Assembly: GCA_004298325.1 (NCBI GenBank)
Contig: SCUF01000187.1
Location: 1-57,661, forward strand
From: Betaproteobacteria bacterium
GTDB taxonomy: Bacteria; Pseudomonadota; Gammaproteobacteria; Burkholderiales; SG8-39
Direction of reading: 5' to 3'
DNA length: 57,661 nucleotides
In this document: in pieces, positions 8,801 through 21,191 of the stretch
How the letters are laid out: the number at the start of each line of letters is the position of its first letter
Numbering within the stretch: position 1 is the first letter of the stretch
Notes under the pieces: generated by a model
What the model saw: the letters and a program-made list of their open reading frames with translations, nothing else
What the model was told of the DNA's origin: nothing
Database searches by the model: none
Program-made: the position numbers and the translations under genes

Positions 8801-10935
8801 ATGCGAGGATCGTCAGCCATCTGCTCGAGCGTCAGCGGGAGCTTGCGCAGCCAGTTGGGGTGCCCGTCGGTCGTGCCTGGCAGGTTGACCTGCTCCGCGA
8901 CGCCGAGAACGTCCTCGAGCTGAATCACGAGCACGCGCGCGGGCGTGCGCGCCAGGAAGTCCTGCACCGCCAGCGCAAGTTCCGGCGTCCGCCCGGCGTT
9001 CGCGCTCGCGTCGCCCCCCCAGCCGGCGGGCAGCAGGTGCTCGCGTCCGAGGGCGCGCATCAGCCGCGGCCGGTCCTCGGCGCGCGCGGCGCGCTGCTGA
9101 TCGCGCAGGCGCTCGGTCGGATAGAGCCCGAGCGACTCGCGCAGCGCGAGATCGCTCCCTGCCCACCAGCCCGCGAGCGTCGGCAGATCGTGCGTGCTTG
9201 CGGCGACCAGCGCCTGGCGCGGGTACGCCGCGGGCGAGCTGAATTCGCCGTCCGCCGCACGCTCGAAATAGAGCAGCCGGTACGACAGCACGCCCGCCTC
9301 CGCGAGCGCCGCGCGCACCTCGTCCGGCACGGTGCCGAGGTCTTCGCCGATCACCATGCACTGGTTGCGCTGGCTCTCCAGCGCAACGATCGCGAGCAGT
9401 TCGTCGAACGCGTAATGCACGTAGCCGCCTTCGAGTGCGCTCGCACCGGGCGGGATCCAGAACAGCCGCATCAGTCCCATCACGTGGTCGATGCGGATCG
9501 CGCCCGCGTGGCGCATCGCCTCGCGCAGCGCCTGCCTGAACAGCGCATAGTGGCCGGCGCGCAGCCGATCGGGGCGCAGCGGCGGCAGTCCCCAGTTCTG
9601 CCCCTTCAGGTTGAAATGGTCGAGCGGCGCTCCGATGCTGGCGCCGAGCGCGAAGCTCTGGCGCTGCCCCCAGGTGTCGGAACCGGCGCGATCCACCGAC
9701 ACCGCGAGATCGAGGTACAGGCCCACCGCCATGCCGCAGGCGCGGCATTGCGCCGCTGCGCTGGCCAGCTGGATCTCGGCCTGCCACTGCAGGTACTCGA
9801 AATACTCGACGCGCTCGAGGTTCGCGGCGCAGAAGCGCGCCACCTCGTCCGAGGCCGGGTCGCGGAACCCCTCGGGCCAGGCCGGCCAGCCCCAGAGCGC
9901 CGGGTCCTCGCCGTGAAACCGCTCCTGCAGCGCCTCGCACAGCGCGTGCAGGCGCAGAGCCTCGCCCTGCTGCGACTGGAATGCGCGGAACGCGCGCCCG
10001 CGCGCGCTCGCACGCCGCACGTGCCGCTCGCGGAAGTGCGCATACAGCGTTTCGAGCACGCCGAACTTGATCCCGGCGACGCCCGGGTAATCGACTCGTG
10101 GCGCTGCGCGTAGCTCCGCCAGCCGCGCCTGGAACGCGGGCGAGCGCACTTCGCGCTGCGCATCCTCGCATTCGGCATAGTCCGCGATGGCCTCGACGTC
10201 GAGATAGAGCACGTTGAGCCGCAGGCGCGACGACGGACTGTAGGGGCTCGCGTGCGCCGGGTTGTGCGGGAATAGCGCGTGCAGGGGACTGAGTCCGACG
10301 ATGCCGGCGCCGCGCGCCGCCCACTGCCCGGACAGGCGCGCGAGGTCGCCGAAGTCGCCAACGCCCCAGTTGCGCTCGGAGCGCACCGCGTAGAGCTGGA
10401 ACGTCGGGCCCCAGACGCCGGGGCCTTCGGCGAGAACGGGCGGGAGGTAGCAGCGCCCGGGCGCTGCGATGAGCAGGGCATCGCCCAGAAAACCGCGCCG
10501 GCGCGCAGGGTCGTACAGCTCGACGCGGTGGTAGCCGGGCGGCAGCTCGACCGGAATCTCGATCGCGCATTCGGCCTCGCCGCCGGCAGCCATGGCCGCC
10601 TCGCCTTCGTGGCGCGCGCCGTCCTCCAGGGTGAGGTGCCAGGCCAGGTGCTGCCCCGCGGCGGCAGAGGCAACGCGCGCGCGCAGCACCCAGGGCGCGT
10701 GTCCGGGCGCGACCCGCAGCACGGGGGGCAGGACCTGTCGTGCCGTGGCCGCGCGCAGCGCCGCATCGGCGGCCAGCGCGCCCTCCAGCGAGCCGGCGTC
10801 GACGTCCAGTTGCGCCAGCAGCGCAACGAGGCTCGCGGGCGGCACCTCGCGCCAGTGGCCGAAGACGTCGTGATAGCCCGTGGCGAGGCCAAGCCGCGCG
10901 CACAGCCGATCGAGCGCGGCGCGATGCTCGTTCAC
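5821..10935 (-). CDS. malQ-treY: Fused 4-alpha-glucanotransferase (GH77 MalQ) / malto-oligosyltrehalose synthase (GH13 TreY), about 1704 aa
   Basis: MalQ part: SPYSPSSR, IRIDHVMGL, IGEDLGT, THDLPT. TreY part: PRATYRVQL, GLRIDHPDGL, VAEKI, STHDNKR, PGVPDTYQG. GTGA overlap with the treZ stop. Confidence 0.93.
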   Translation of the reverse strand: MNEHRAALDRLCARLGLATGYHDVFGHWREVPPASLVALLAQLDVDAGSLEGALAADAALRAATARQVLPPVLRVAPGHAPWVLRARVASAAAGQHLAWHLTLEDGARHEGEAAMAAGGEAECAIEIPVELPPGYHRVELYDPARRRGFLGDALLIAAPGRCYLPPVLAEGPGVWGPTFQLYAVRSERNWGVGDFGDLARLSGQWAARGAGIVGLSPLHALFPHNPAHASPYSPSSRLRLNVLYLDVEAIADYAECEDAQREVRSPAFQARLAELRAAPRVDYPGVAGIKFGVLETLYAHFRERHVRRASARGRAFRAFQSQQGEALRLHALCEALQERFHGEDPALWGWPAWPEGFRDPASDEVARFCAANLERVEYFEYLQWQAEIQLASAAAQCRACGMAVGLYLDLAVSVDRAGSDTWGQRQSFALGASIGAPLDHFNLKGQNWGLPPLRPDRLRAGHYALFRQALREAMRHAGAIRIDHVMGLMRLFWIPPGASALEGGYVHYAFDELLAIVALESQRNQCMVIGEDLGTVPDEVRAALAEAGVLSYRLLYFERAADGEFSSPAAYPRQALVAASTHDLPTLAGWWAGSDLALRESLGLYPTERLRDQQRAARAEDRPRLMRALGREHLLPAGWGGDASANAGRTPELALAVQDFLARTPARVLVIQLEDVLGVAEQVNLPGTTDGHPNWLRKLPLTLEQMADDPRIAACAHRLRAQRPQPASPQRARAQAQIPRATYRVQLHREFTLDDAAATVPYLARLGVSHLYCSPLLSARPGSRHGYDIVDHGEINPELGGREALERLAAALRAHGMGLILDIVPNHMGIGSDNRWWMHVLEHGPASPYANFFDIDWSPVDPELKDKVLLPFLGDHYGEVLARGELVLAFVPESGRLVVCYHEHRFATDPRGYAPLLERAGALLDTGAAPAARDECSNLAAAFGRLPPRDAGERAAAERVREAAALQARLAQLARAHPEAASAIAAAAAEVGGGAHDAARDAMHALLEAQAYRLAFWRVASDEINYRRFFDVNDLAALRTEEAVVFEATHALPLELCAADIAQGLRIDHPDGLYDPEQYFKRLQRAYAGRAGIELPERAPDGRRPRPLYVVAEKIAAAHERVPERWAVHGTTGYRFAAVVNGLFVDGQSRDRIDRVWRRFSGLASDFEEAAYRGRRAIARHALAAELTVLAAELLRIARADRRTRDHTFNTLRQALAEIAACMPVYRTYIGRRVSAQDRRFIHWAVARARRRSSAADTSILEFVRAALLGQAAAGAPAALAAQMRRFAMKFQQFTAPVAAKGVEDTAFYVYNRLASLNEVGSDPDAFGITLRAFHGASADRAAHWPHTLLATSTHDNKRAEDVRQRINVLSETPAAWRLLLARWRTLNRARLRRVHDETAPTPSEQYLFYQTLLGTFPADPLDEAGLADYRARIEQYLLKAAREAKHATSWITRNEEYEQALCGFVQALLDSSRANPFLEDLRAQAAVLAWYGALNSLSQTLVKHASPGVPDTYQGTELIDLSLVDPDNRRPVDFAHRSALLQALEQLAAAPAQAQSEGLREMLATPHDGRAKLWVAWRCLALRRDRPELFAGAAYVPLAAAGERNRHVIAFARRAGDEGLIAIAGRFFASLGLAPGMAPLGAAAWRDCVLDLSFLPPGTQLHDVLAPEETRPCDAPLRIADALRHLPVALLRFGPPARGAAGG

Positions 10936-12761
10936 GGCAGCTCGAGGCTCGCGTAAACGCCGCCAGGCTCGAGCTCGAGCGCCGCACCGTGCGCGGCGTC
11001 GCCGCGGCCGTAGATCCGGGTGCCGCGCGGCGGCTGCGGGAGCAGCGCCGCTGCGGGCGAAAAATTGGCGGCGAGGTGCCACCTCGCGCCGCCGCCGAGC
11101 ATCCATTCGACGTGCAGCGCGCCGTCGACGATGACGAACCTGCCGCTGCCCGTGCCGGCGAGGCGCGGCACGAGGTGCCTGCGGCGCAGCTCGAGCAGCG
11201 CGGCGATGTTCTGCAGGTGCTCGCGGTGCGGCGCCTGCGCGCGCTCGTCCCAGCGCAGCCGGGAGGCGGCGAAAGTCGCGGCGTCGCCCGGGTCGGGAAT
11301 GCGGCCGCGCGACGCCGGGTCGCGAAAGGCCGCGAACCGGGCGAATTCCTGCCGCCGGCCGTGCGCCACGGCGGCGGCGAGCTCGGGGGCGAAATCGCAG
11401 AAGAACAGGAACGGCGTCGTGGCGCCGTACTCCTCGCCCATGAACAGCATCGGCACCTGCGGCGCGAGCAGCACGCAGGCCTCGGCCGCGCGCAGCGCGG
11501 CAGGCGCCGCGATCGCCGCGAGGCGCTCGCCGAAGGCGCGATTGCCGACCTGGTCGTGCGTCTGCAGGAAGGCGATGAACGCGGTGGCGGGCAGGTGGCC
11601 GCTCGCCGAGCCGCGCGGCGCGCCGCCGCGAAACGCCGAAGGTTCGCCCTGGTAGGCAAAGCCCTCGGCCAGCGCGCGGCCGAGGCGCGCGAGCGGCGCC
11701 TCGGCGTAGTCCGCGTAATAGCCGTCGGATTCGCCCGTAACCAGCACGTGCAGGGCATGGTGCACGTCGTCGTTCCACTGCGCGCTCGCAAGCCGTGGCC
11801 TCAGCAAGTGCGCGTCGCGCTCGAGGTAGTGCGTCTGGTTGCGGTCGTTCTCGAGCACGAGGTGCACGTGGCGCTCGCGCCCGGGGCCGCAGGCGAGCGC
11901 GCGGCCGATTGCGGCGACGATATCCGGCTCGCTCGAGTCACGGATGGCGTGCACCGCGTCGAGCCGCAGGCCGTCGCAGCGGAACTCCTCGACCCAGTAG
12001 AGCGCATTGTGGATGAAGAACTCGCGCACCGTGCGGCTCGCCTCGCCGTCGAAGTTGATCGCGGCGCCCCAGGGTGTCGCATGCGCCGGGTTGAAGAACT
12101 GCGGCGCGTACAGGTGCAGGTAATTGCCTTCGGGCCCGAAGTGGTTGTACACCACGTCGAGCAGCACCATCAGCCCGTGCGCATGCGCCGCCTGCACCAG
12201 GCGCTTGAAATCCTCGGGCGGGCCGTAGGCGGCCTCCGGCGCGAACGGCAGCACGCCGTCGTAGCCCCAGTTGCGCCGGCCGGGAAACTCCGCCACCGGC
12301 ATCAGTTCGAGCGCGGTGACACCGAGCGCCGCCAGCTCGTCGAGCCGCCCGATCGCCGCGTCGAACGTGCCCTGCGGCGTGAACGCACCGACGTGCAGCT
12401 CGTAGATCACCGCCTCTTCCCACGGCCGGCCCTTCCAGTCTGCGTCCTGCCATTCGAAGGCGAGCGGATCGACCACCATGCTCGGCGCGTGGACGTCTTC
12501 GGGGTTGGCGCGCGAGGCCGGATCGGGGACGCTCATGCCGCCGTCGATGCGGAACGCGTATCGGCTCCCCGCGGGCGCATCGGCGATGCACTCGTGCCAG
12601 CCGTCCGCGAGCGGCGCGAGCGGCAGCTCGGCGCGCGTTGCGGATGAGGCGAGGAGGAGCGCTACGCGCCCGGCCGCAGGGGCCCAGAGGCGGAAGCGCG
12701 TCGCGCCGCCGGGCTGGAGCTCGGCGCCGAACGGCATGGCGTGACGGTAGCGCCCGGACAT
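10932..12761 (-). CDS. treZ: Malto-oligosyltrehalose trehalohydrolase
   Basis: FRLWAP, NWGYDGV, LDVVYNHFGPEGNYL, GLRLDAVHAI and THDQVGNRAFGER motifs. Confidence 0.94.
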   Translation of the reverse strand: MSGRYRHAMPFGAELQPGGATRFRLWAPAAGRVALLLASSATRAELPLAPLADGWHECIADAPAGSRYAFRIDGGMSVPDPASRANPEDVHAPSMVVDPLAFEWQDADWKGRPWEEAVIYELHVGAFTPQGTFDAAIGRLDELAALGVTALELMPVAEFPGRRNWGYDGVLPFAPEAAYGPPEDFKRLVQAAHAHGLMVLLDVVYNHFGPEGNYLHLYAPQFFNPAHATPWGAAINFDGEASRTVREFFIHNALYWVEEFRCDGLRLDAVHAIRDSSEPDIVAAIGRALACGPGRERHVHLVLENDRNQTHYLERDAHLLRPRLASAQWNDDVHHALHVLVTGESDGYYADYAEAPLARLGRALAEGFAYQGEPSAFRGGAPRGSASGHLPATAFIAFLQTHDQVGNRAFGERLAAIAAPAALRAAEACVLLAPQVPMLFMGEEYGATTPFLFFCDFAPELAAAVAHGRRQEFARFAAFRDPASRGRIPDPGDAATFAASRLRWDERAQAPHREHLQNIAALLELRRRHLVPRLAGTGSGRFVIVDGALHVEWMLGGGARWHLAANFSPAAALLPQPPRGTRIYGRGDAAHGAALELEPGGVYASLELP

Positions 12762-12765
12762 CGCC

Positions 12766-15722
<2,957 letters not shown>

Positions 15723-15796
15723 GGTGCGCTGTTCAGTTCAAGCCGCGAGATCCGGCGTGACGGAGCCTGCGGCCATAGTCTGCCACGGAAACGGCC

Positions 15797-15822
15797 GTGA
15801 CTTGCGCGCGGCGCCCCGTTGC
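15797..15822 (-). promoter_or_regulatory. Possible ECF sigma promoter for the otsB-glgX-treZ-malQ/treY-GH100 operon
   Basis: GCAAC-N16-GTCAC on the minus strand, 75 nt upstream of otsB. Confidence 0.3.
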
Positions 15823-15853
15823 CCGGTGCCGCGCCGCACCCTCGCATTGCGGG

Positions 15854-15895
15854 TTGACACGAGTCAATATGACGGTGACACAATGCCGCTACGCT
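15854..15895 (+). promoter_or_regulatory. FNR/FixK/CRP-family box with class II promoter geometry upstream of the second glgC
   Basis: Perfect palindrome TTGAC-ACGA-GTCAA (15854-15867). A -10-like TACGCT at 15890-15895 places the box centre at -41.5. Confidence 0.65.
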
Positions 15896-15928
15896 GTGCA
15901 GATTCGGCGGTACGGTGCGGAGGATGCG

Positions 15929-17128
15929 ATGAAGCCCCTGCGGGTGCTCGCGTTCGTGATGGCGGGTGGCAAGGGCACGCGCCTGCACCCGTTTACGGAA
16001 GATTATCCCAAGCCCGCGCTGCCTTTCGGCGGGGATTTTCGCATCATTGATTTCGCCCTGAGCAATCTCTACAACTCGGGCGTCCCCCAGGCCTGCGTCC
16101 TGCTGCAATACCGGCCGCTGCCACTGGTGCATCACCTCGCCGTGCGTTGGCGCGGAGTCCGTCCCGGCGGCGCGGAATTCGTCCGCGCCATCACGCCCGA
16201 GGCTGCCTGCGAGCAGCGCTTCTGCGGCACCGCGGACGCCGTGGCGAGCGGCCTGCAGTCGGTGGTCGCCGAGGCGGATCTGATCGCGGTGTTCGCGGCC
16301 GATCATGTCTATCGCATGGACCTGCGCCAGATGATCGAGTTTCACATGCGGCGTGAAGCGGACGCCACCGTCGCGGCGGTGCCGGTGCCACTCGAGCGGG
16401 CTGGTGCGTTCGGAATCGTCTGCACGGACGCGGACAGCCGGATCCTCGGCTTCGAGGAAAAGCCCGCGTGGCCCGGCGCGATGCCGGGCGATCCGGCGCG
16501 CGCGTTCGCTTCGATGGGCAACTACCTCTTCCGGCCCGACGTGCTGCGCGCGGCGCTCGCCGGGGCCGCCGCGCGCGGCGAGACCGATTTCGGCCGCCAC
16601 GTGCTGCCGCGGCTGGTCGAGCGGCACCGCGTGTTCGCCTACGATTTCGGGCGCAACCGCATCCCGGGCGTTCACCGCGGCGAAGAGCCCGCCTACTGGC
16701 GCGACGTCGGGACGGTGGATGCCTATGTGGAGGCGCAATGGGATCTGCTCGGTCCGGAACCGCGCTTTCGGCTCGACAACCCCGAGTGGCCGATTCACGG
16801 CGCCGCGCCGCGCCCACCCGGCGTTGCGGACAGCGGCGGGTTCGAGGACAGCATCATCGGCCCCGGCGCCCGCGCCGACGGCGCCGCCGTGCGCCACTCG
16901 GTGCTGCAGGGCGGCGCGCAGGTCGGCCCTGGCGCCGCGCTCGAGCGCTGCATCATGATGGAAGGCGCACGCATCGAAGGCGGGGTCGAGCTGCGCCGCA
17001 CGATCGTCGGCGCGGGAAACGTGATCACGCAGCGGCGCCACGAACGGCTTGGCGGCGACGCGGGCTGGGCGCGCTCGCCCGCCGGAATGGCGATCGTGCC
17101 GCCGCGCAGCAAGCGCGCGACGGCCTGA
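15929..17128 (+). CDS. glgC: Glucose-1-phosphate adenylyltransferase paralogue (GlgC-like, copy 2)
   Basis: MAGGKGTRL, KPALPFGG.FRIIDF, GTADAV, ADHVYRMD, FEEKP and YWRDVGT motifs, plus a C-terminal beta-helix; SD GGAGG. Confidence 0.85.
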   Translation: MKPLRVLAFVMAGGKGTRLHPFTEDYPKPALPFGGDFRIIDFALSNLYNSGVPQACVLLQYRPLPLVHHLAVRWRGVRPGGAEFVRAITPEAACEQRFCGTADAVASGLQSVVAEADLIAVFAADHVYRMDLRQMIEFHMRREADATVAAVPVPLERAGAFGIVCTDADSRILGFEEKPAWPGAMPGDPARAFASMGNYLFRPDVLRAALAGAAARGETDFGRHVLPRLVERHRVFAYDFGRNRIPGVHRGEEPAYWRDVGTVDAYVEAQWDLLGPEPRFRLDNPEWPIHGAAPRPPGVADSGGFEDSIIGPGARADGAAVRHSVLQGGAQVGPGAALERCIMMEGARIEGGVELRRTIVGAGNVITQRRHERLGGDAGWARSPAGMAIVPPRSKRATA

Positions 17129-17204
17129 CGCGCAACCTCTGGCTGGCCACGTCTGACGATTGCACGTCGCCGGCGGCTCCCTGCTGCCGTGACTGGAGTA
17201 CACC

Positions 17205-18232
<1,028 letters not shown>

Positions 18233-18233
<1 letters not shown>

Positions 18234-19045
18234 CAGCCTTTCAACGCGCCCGCGGTGAGCCCCGCCAGCACGCGCCGCTGGAACACGATCGCGAGCGCCA
18301 CGGGCGGCAGCGTGGCGATCACCGAGCCAGCCGCGATCTCGCCCCAGGGCACCTCGTGCAGGCCCGGGAAGAGCGCGATGCCGACCGGCACAGTGCGCGC
18401 CGCCATGCTCGAGGTGAGGGTCAGCGCGTAGAGAAACTCGTTCCAGCAGAAGACGAACACGAGTAACCCGGTCGCCGTCAGCCCCGGCACCGCCAGCGGC
18501 AGCATGACCTTGACGAACGCGCCCGCGGCGGAACAGCCGTCCACGCGCGCGGCGATGTAGAGCGCGTCCGGCACGCCGCGGAAGAATTGCGCCATCAGCC
18601 ACACCGCGAGCGGCAGCGCAAAACCGGCATAGACCAGCACCAGCCCGACGAGCGTGTCGCGCAGTCCCGCGGCACTGGCGAGCAGGAACAGCGGGCTGAC
18701 CGTCGCGACCGGCGGCAGCATGGACAGGGCGACCACGGCGGCGAGCGTCGCGGCGCGCCCCGGGGGCCGGAGTTTCGCCAGAGCGAAGCCGGCCAGGCTG
18801 CCGAAGCCGAGCGCAAGCAGCGTGGCGAGCGCCGACACGATGAAACTGTTGAGCAGCAGGCGCGCGAACGGATGGCCGGCAAAGATCGCCTCGTAATGCA
18901 CGAGGGTGATCGCGCCCGGCAGGAAGGGCGGCAGCGCTTCGAGCTCCGCCGCAGGCTTGACCGAGGTGAGCAGCTGCCAGAGGAACGGAGCAAGCGACCA
19001 CGCGCACACCGCGGCGAGGCCGAGCCAGAGTCCGGGGCGCCTCAC
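18233..19045 (-). CDS. Carbohydrate ABC transporter permease (MalG-like)
   Basis: Six TM helices, EAA-like loop (AARVDGCS) and WNEFLYAL; GTGA coupling. Confidence 0.9.
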
Positions 19046-19896
19046 TCGATCCCCCCGCGCAGCAGGCGCGCGTAGGCGAGCGCCGCCATCCCGGTGATCG
19101 CCAGCACCACGACCGCGAGCGCCGAGCCGTAGCCGAAGTCGAGCATCTGGAACAGCACGCGGTAGGCGTAGATCGAAAGCGTCTCGGTCGCGTTCGCCGG
19201 GCCGCCACCGGTGAGCACGTAGATCGCGTCGAACACGCGCAGCGCGTCGATGCTGCGGAATACCGCCGCCACCAGGATGACCGGCGCGAGCAACGGCAGG
19301 GTGACGCGGCGAAATGTCGTCCACGCCCCCGCGCCGTCGAGCGCGGCGGCGTGCACCAGCTCGCGCGGGATCGCCTGCAGGCCGGCAAGCAGCAGCAGCG
19401 CGACGAAGGGCGTGGACTTCCAGACATCCATCGCGATCGCCGCGTGCAGGGCTAGCGCCGCATCGCCGAGCCAGTTGACCGGCCGGCCGGCCAGAAAGCT
19501 GAGCACGCCGAGCTCCGGCTGGTACATCCACTCCCACATGCGCGCCGACACCACGGTCGGGATCGCCCAGGGCACGAGCACCGCGCCGTAGATGAGCGCT
19601 CGCGCGCGTCCCGCGCGCGCAAGCAGCAGTGCGATCGCGAGGCCGAGCGCGAGTTCCATCGCGACCGACACGAGCGCGAAGTACAGCGTGTTGCCGAGCG
19701 CATTCCAGAAGCGCCCGTCGCCGGCGAGCCGGAAATAATGGTCGAACCCCGTGAACTGCGCCGCGCGAAACAGCGCGCGCTGCTGCAGGCTGAGCCACAC
19801 GACGTACAGCATCGGCAGCGCGGTGACGGCGGCGAGCAGCGCCAGTGCCGGAGACATCAGCACCCAGGGCTCGAGGCGCGCCGCGCCGGGCCTCAC
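19042..19896 (-). CDS. Carbohydrate ABC transporter permease (MalF-like)
   Basis: PWAIPTVVS, DVWKSTPFVALLLLAGLQAIP and LTGGGPANATETLS motifs. Confidence 0.9.
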   Translation of the reverse strand: MRPGAARLEPWVLMSPALALLAAVTALPMLYVVWLSLQQRALFRAAQFTGFDHYFRLAGDGRFWNALGNTLYFALVSVAMELALGLAIALLLARAGRARALIYGAVLVPWAIPTVVSARMWEWMYQPELGVLSFLAGRPVNWLGDAALALHAAIAMDVWKSTPFVALLLLAGLQAIPRELVHAAALDGAGAWTTFRRVTLPLLAPVILVAAVFRSIDALRVFDAIYVLTGGGPANATETLSIYAYRVLFQMLDFGYGSALAVVVLAITGMAALAYARLLRGGIE

Positions 19897-21191
19897 ACAG
19901 CCTCCAGCACGCGCCGCGCGCGCGCGATCGCGCCAAGCGCCCCCGCGGGGGCGCGCCGGCCGCTCAGCACCGCGCTGAACTCCGACTGCAGGACCTGGGA
20001 CAGCGCGACATAGTGCGGTGACACGGGGCGTGGCCGTGCCGCTTCGAGCAGCGTTGCGAGCGAGGCGAGAAACGGCTGTGCGGCAGCGAGTTCGGGATCG
20101 GCATAGAGCGAGCGCCGCGGGGCGCTGTAGCCGTAGGCGAGGGCGAGCGCCTTCTGCGCCGGCGCAGCGCACAGGAAAGCGGCCAGTTTCTCGGCCACCG
20201 CGGCGTGCCGCGAAAACGCGTTGACGCCGAGGTGCCAGCCGCCAAGCGCTGCCGCCGCGGGGTGGCCGGGCGCGTGCGGCAGCGGGCACACGCCGACCCG
20301 TCCCTCGACTTCGGATCCGGCGCGCTGCAACAGGCTCCAGGCGTACGGCCAGTTGCGCAGGAAGAGCGCCCGAGCGCGCCCGAAGAGCACCCGCGCCGGC
20401 TCTTCGGTGAGCGTCGTGACGTAGGGCGGCGACAGCCCATCGGTCACCAGCGCGCGCATGAAGGCGAGCCCGCGCACCGCGGCCGGCGCGCCCGCATCGA
20501 GATCGCCGCCGTGGCTCCAGATGAACTCCAGCGCGTTGCAGACCAGGCCCTCGTACTGCTTGCCCTGCCAGACGAAGCCGTGCAGCGCCGGCTGCGAGAC
20601 GCGGACGCGGCGCACGGCCTGCGCCAGGTCGGTCCAGGTGCGCGGCGGGGCGAGACCCTCGGCCGCGAGCAGGTCGGCGCGGTAGTAGAGCAGGCCCGCG
20701 TCCACGAACCACGGCAGCGCGTAGCGGCGCGCGCGCCACGTCACGCTCGCGAGCGGCGCGGCGAACAGGTCGCGTTCATCCGCCGCGCTCACGTGAGCGC
20801 TCAGGTCGCGCAGCCAGCCCGCCTGCGCGAATTCGGCGGCCCAGATCGTGTCGAGCGCGAGGACGTCGAACTCGGTCGTCTCGGCCGCGAGGTTGATGGC
20901 GTAGAAGAGGTGCTGCTCGTCGCTCGCGGCCGGCAATGCCTCGCGGCGCACGGCGACGCCGTGCGCGCGCTCGAATTGACCGACGAGACGATCCAGGGGC
21001 TCCGGGTCACCGAAGAGCTTGGGGTGCCGGAAGACCAGCGCGTCGGGGCGGCGCGGCTCTTGGCGACCGCAGGCCGCGGCCAATGCGGCGATGGACAGGG
21101 CGGCGAGCGCGCGCAGCGCGCCGCGCCGCCGCGCCGCAGGCGCCGCCAGGCGCACCGACGGACTGCGCGCGTCGAGCGAGACGCCGATCAT
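19893..21191 (-). CDS. Sugar ABC substrate-binding protein, trehalose/maltose-binding (TMBP)-like, predicted lipoprotein
   Basis: DAGLLYYRADLL, GFVWQGKQYEGLVCN, FLRNWPYAW and LGGWHLG recall trehalose/maltose-binding proteins (from memory, not a search); lipobox LAAAC. Confidence 0.85.
   Translation of the reverse strand: MIGVSLDARSPSVRLAAPAARRRGALRALAALSIAALAAACGRQEPRRPDALVFRHPKLFGDPEPLDRLVGQFERAHGVAVRREALPAASDEQHLFYAINLAAETTEFDVLALDTIWAAEFAQAGWLRDLSAHVSAADERDLFAAPLASVTWRARRYALPWFVDAGLLYYRADLLAAEGLAPPRTWTDLAQAVRRVRVSQPALHGFVWQGKQYEGLVCNALEFIWSHGGDLDAGAPAAVRGLAFMRALVTDGLSPPYVTTLTEEPARVLFGRARALFLRNWPYAWSLLQRAGSEVEGRVGVCPLPHAPGHPAAAALGGWHLGVNAFSRHAAVAEKLAAFLCAAPAQKALALAYGYSAPRRSLYADPELAAAQPFLASLATLLEAARPRPVSPHYVALSQVLQSEFSAVLSGRRAPAGALGAIARARRVLEAV

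Noticed and set aside
5713-10113. 1466-aa + strand ORF, and similar long antisense ORFs (23532-27641, 32968-35646, 12784-14682, 35880-37799, 51579-53774)
   Set aside because: They mirror well-supported genes on the opposite strand. Stop-free antisense frames are expected with high-GC codon usage, and they contain no recognisable motifs.
10936-11778. N-terminal 281 aa of the 1985-aa ORF, and similar upstream extensions of treZ, glgX, glgC, treS, glgB, glgP, ybdK, terD and mrpD
   Set aside because: Arg/Ala/Gly-rich off-frame translation of the upstream gene; real starts are set by ATGA/GTGA overlaps or SD sites.
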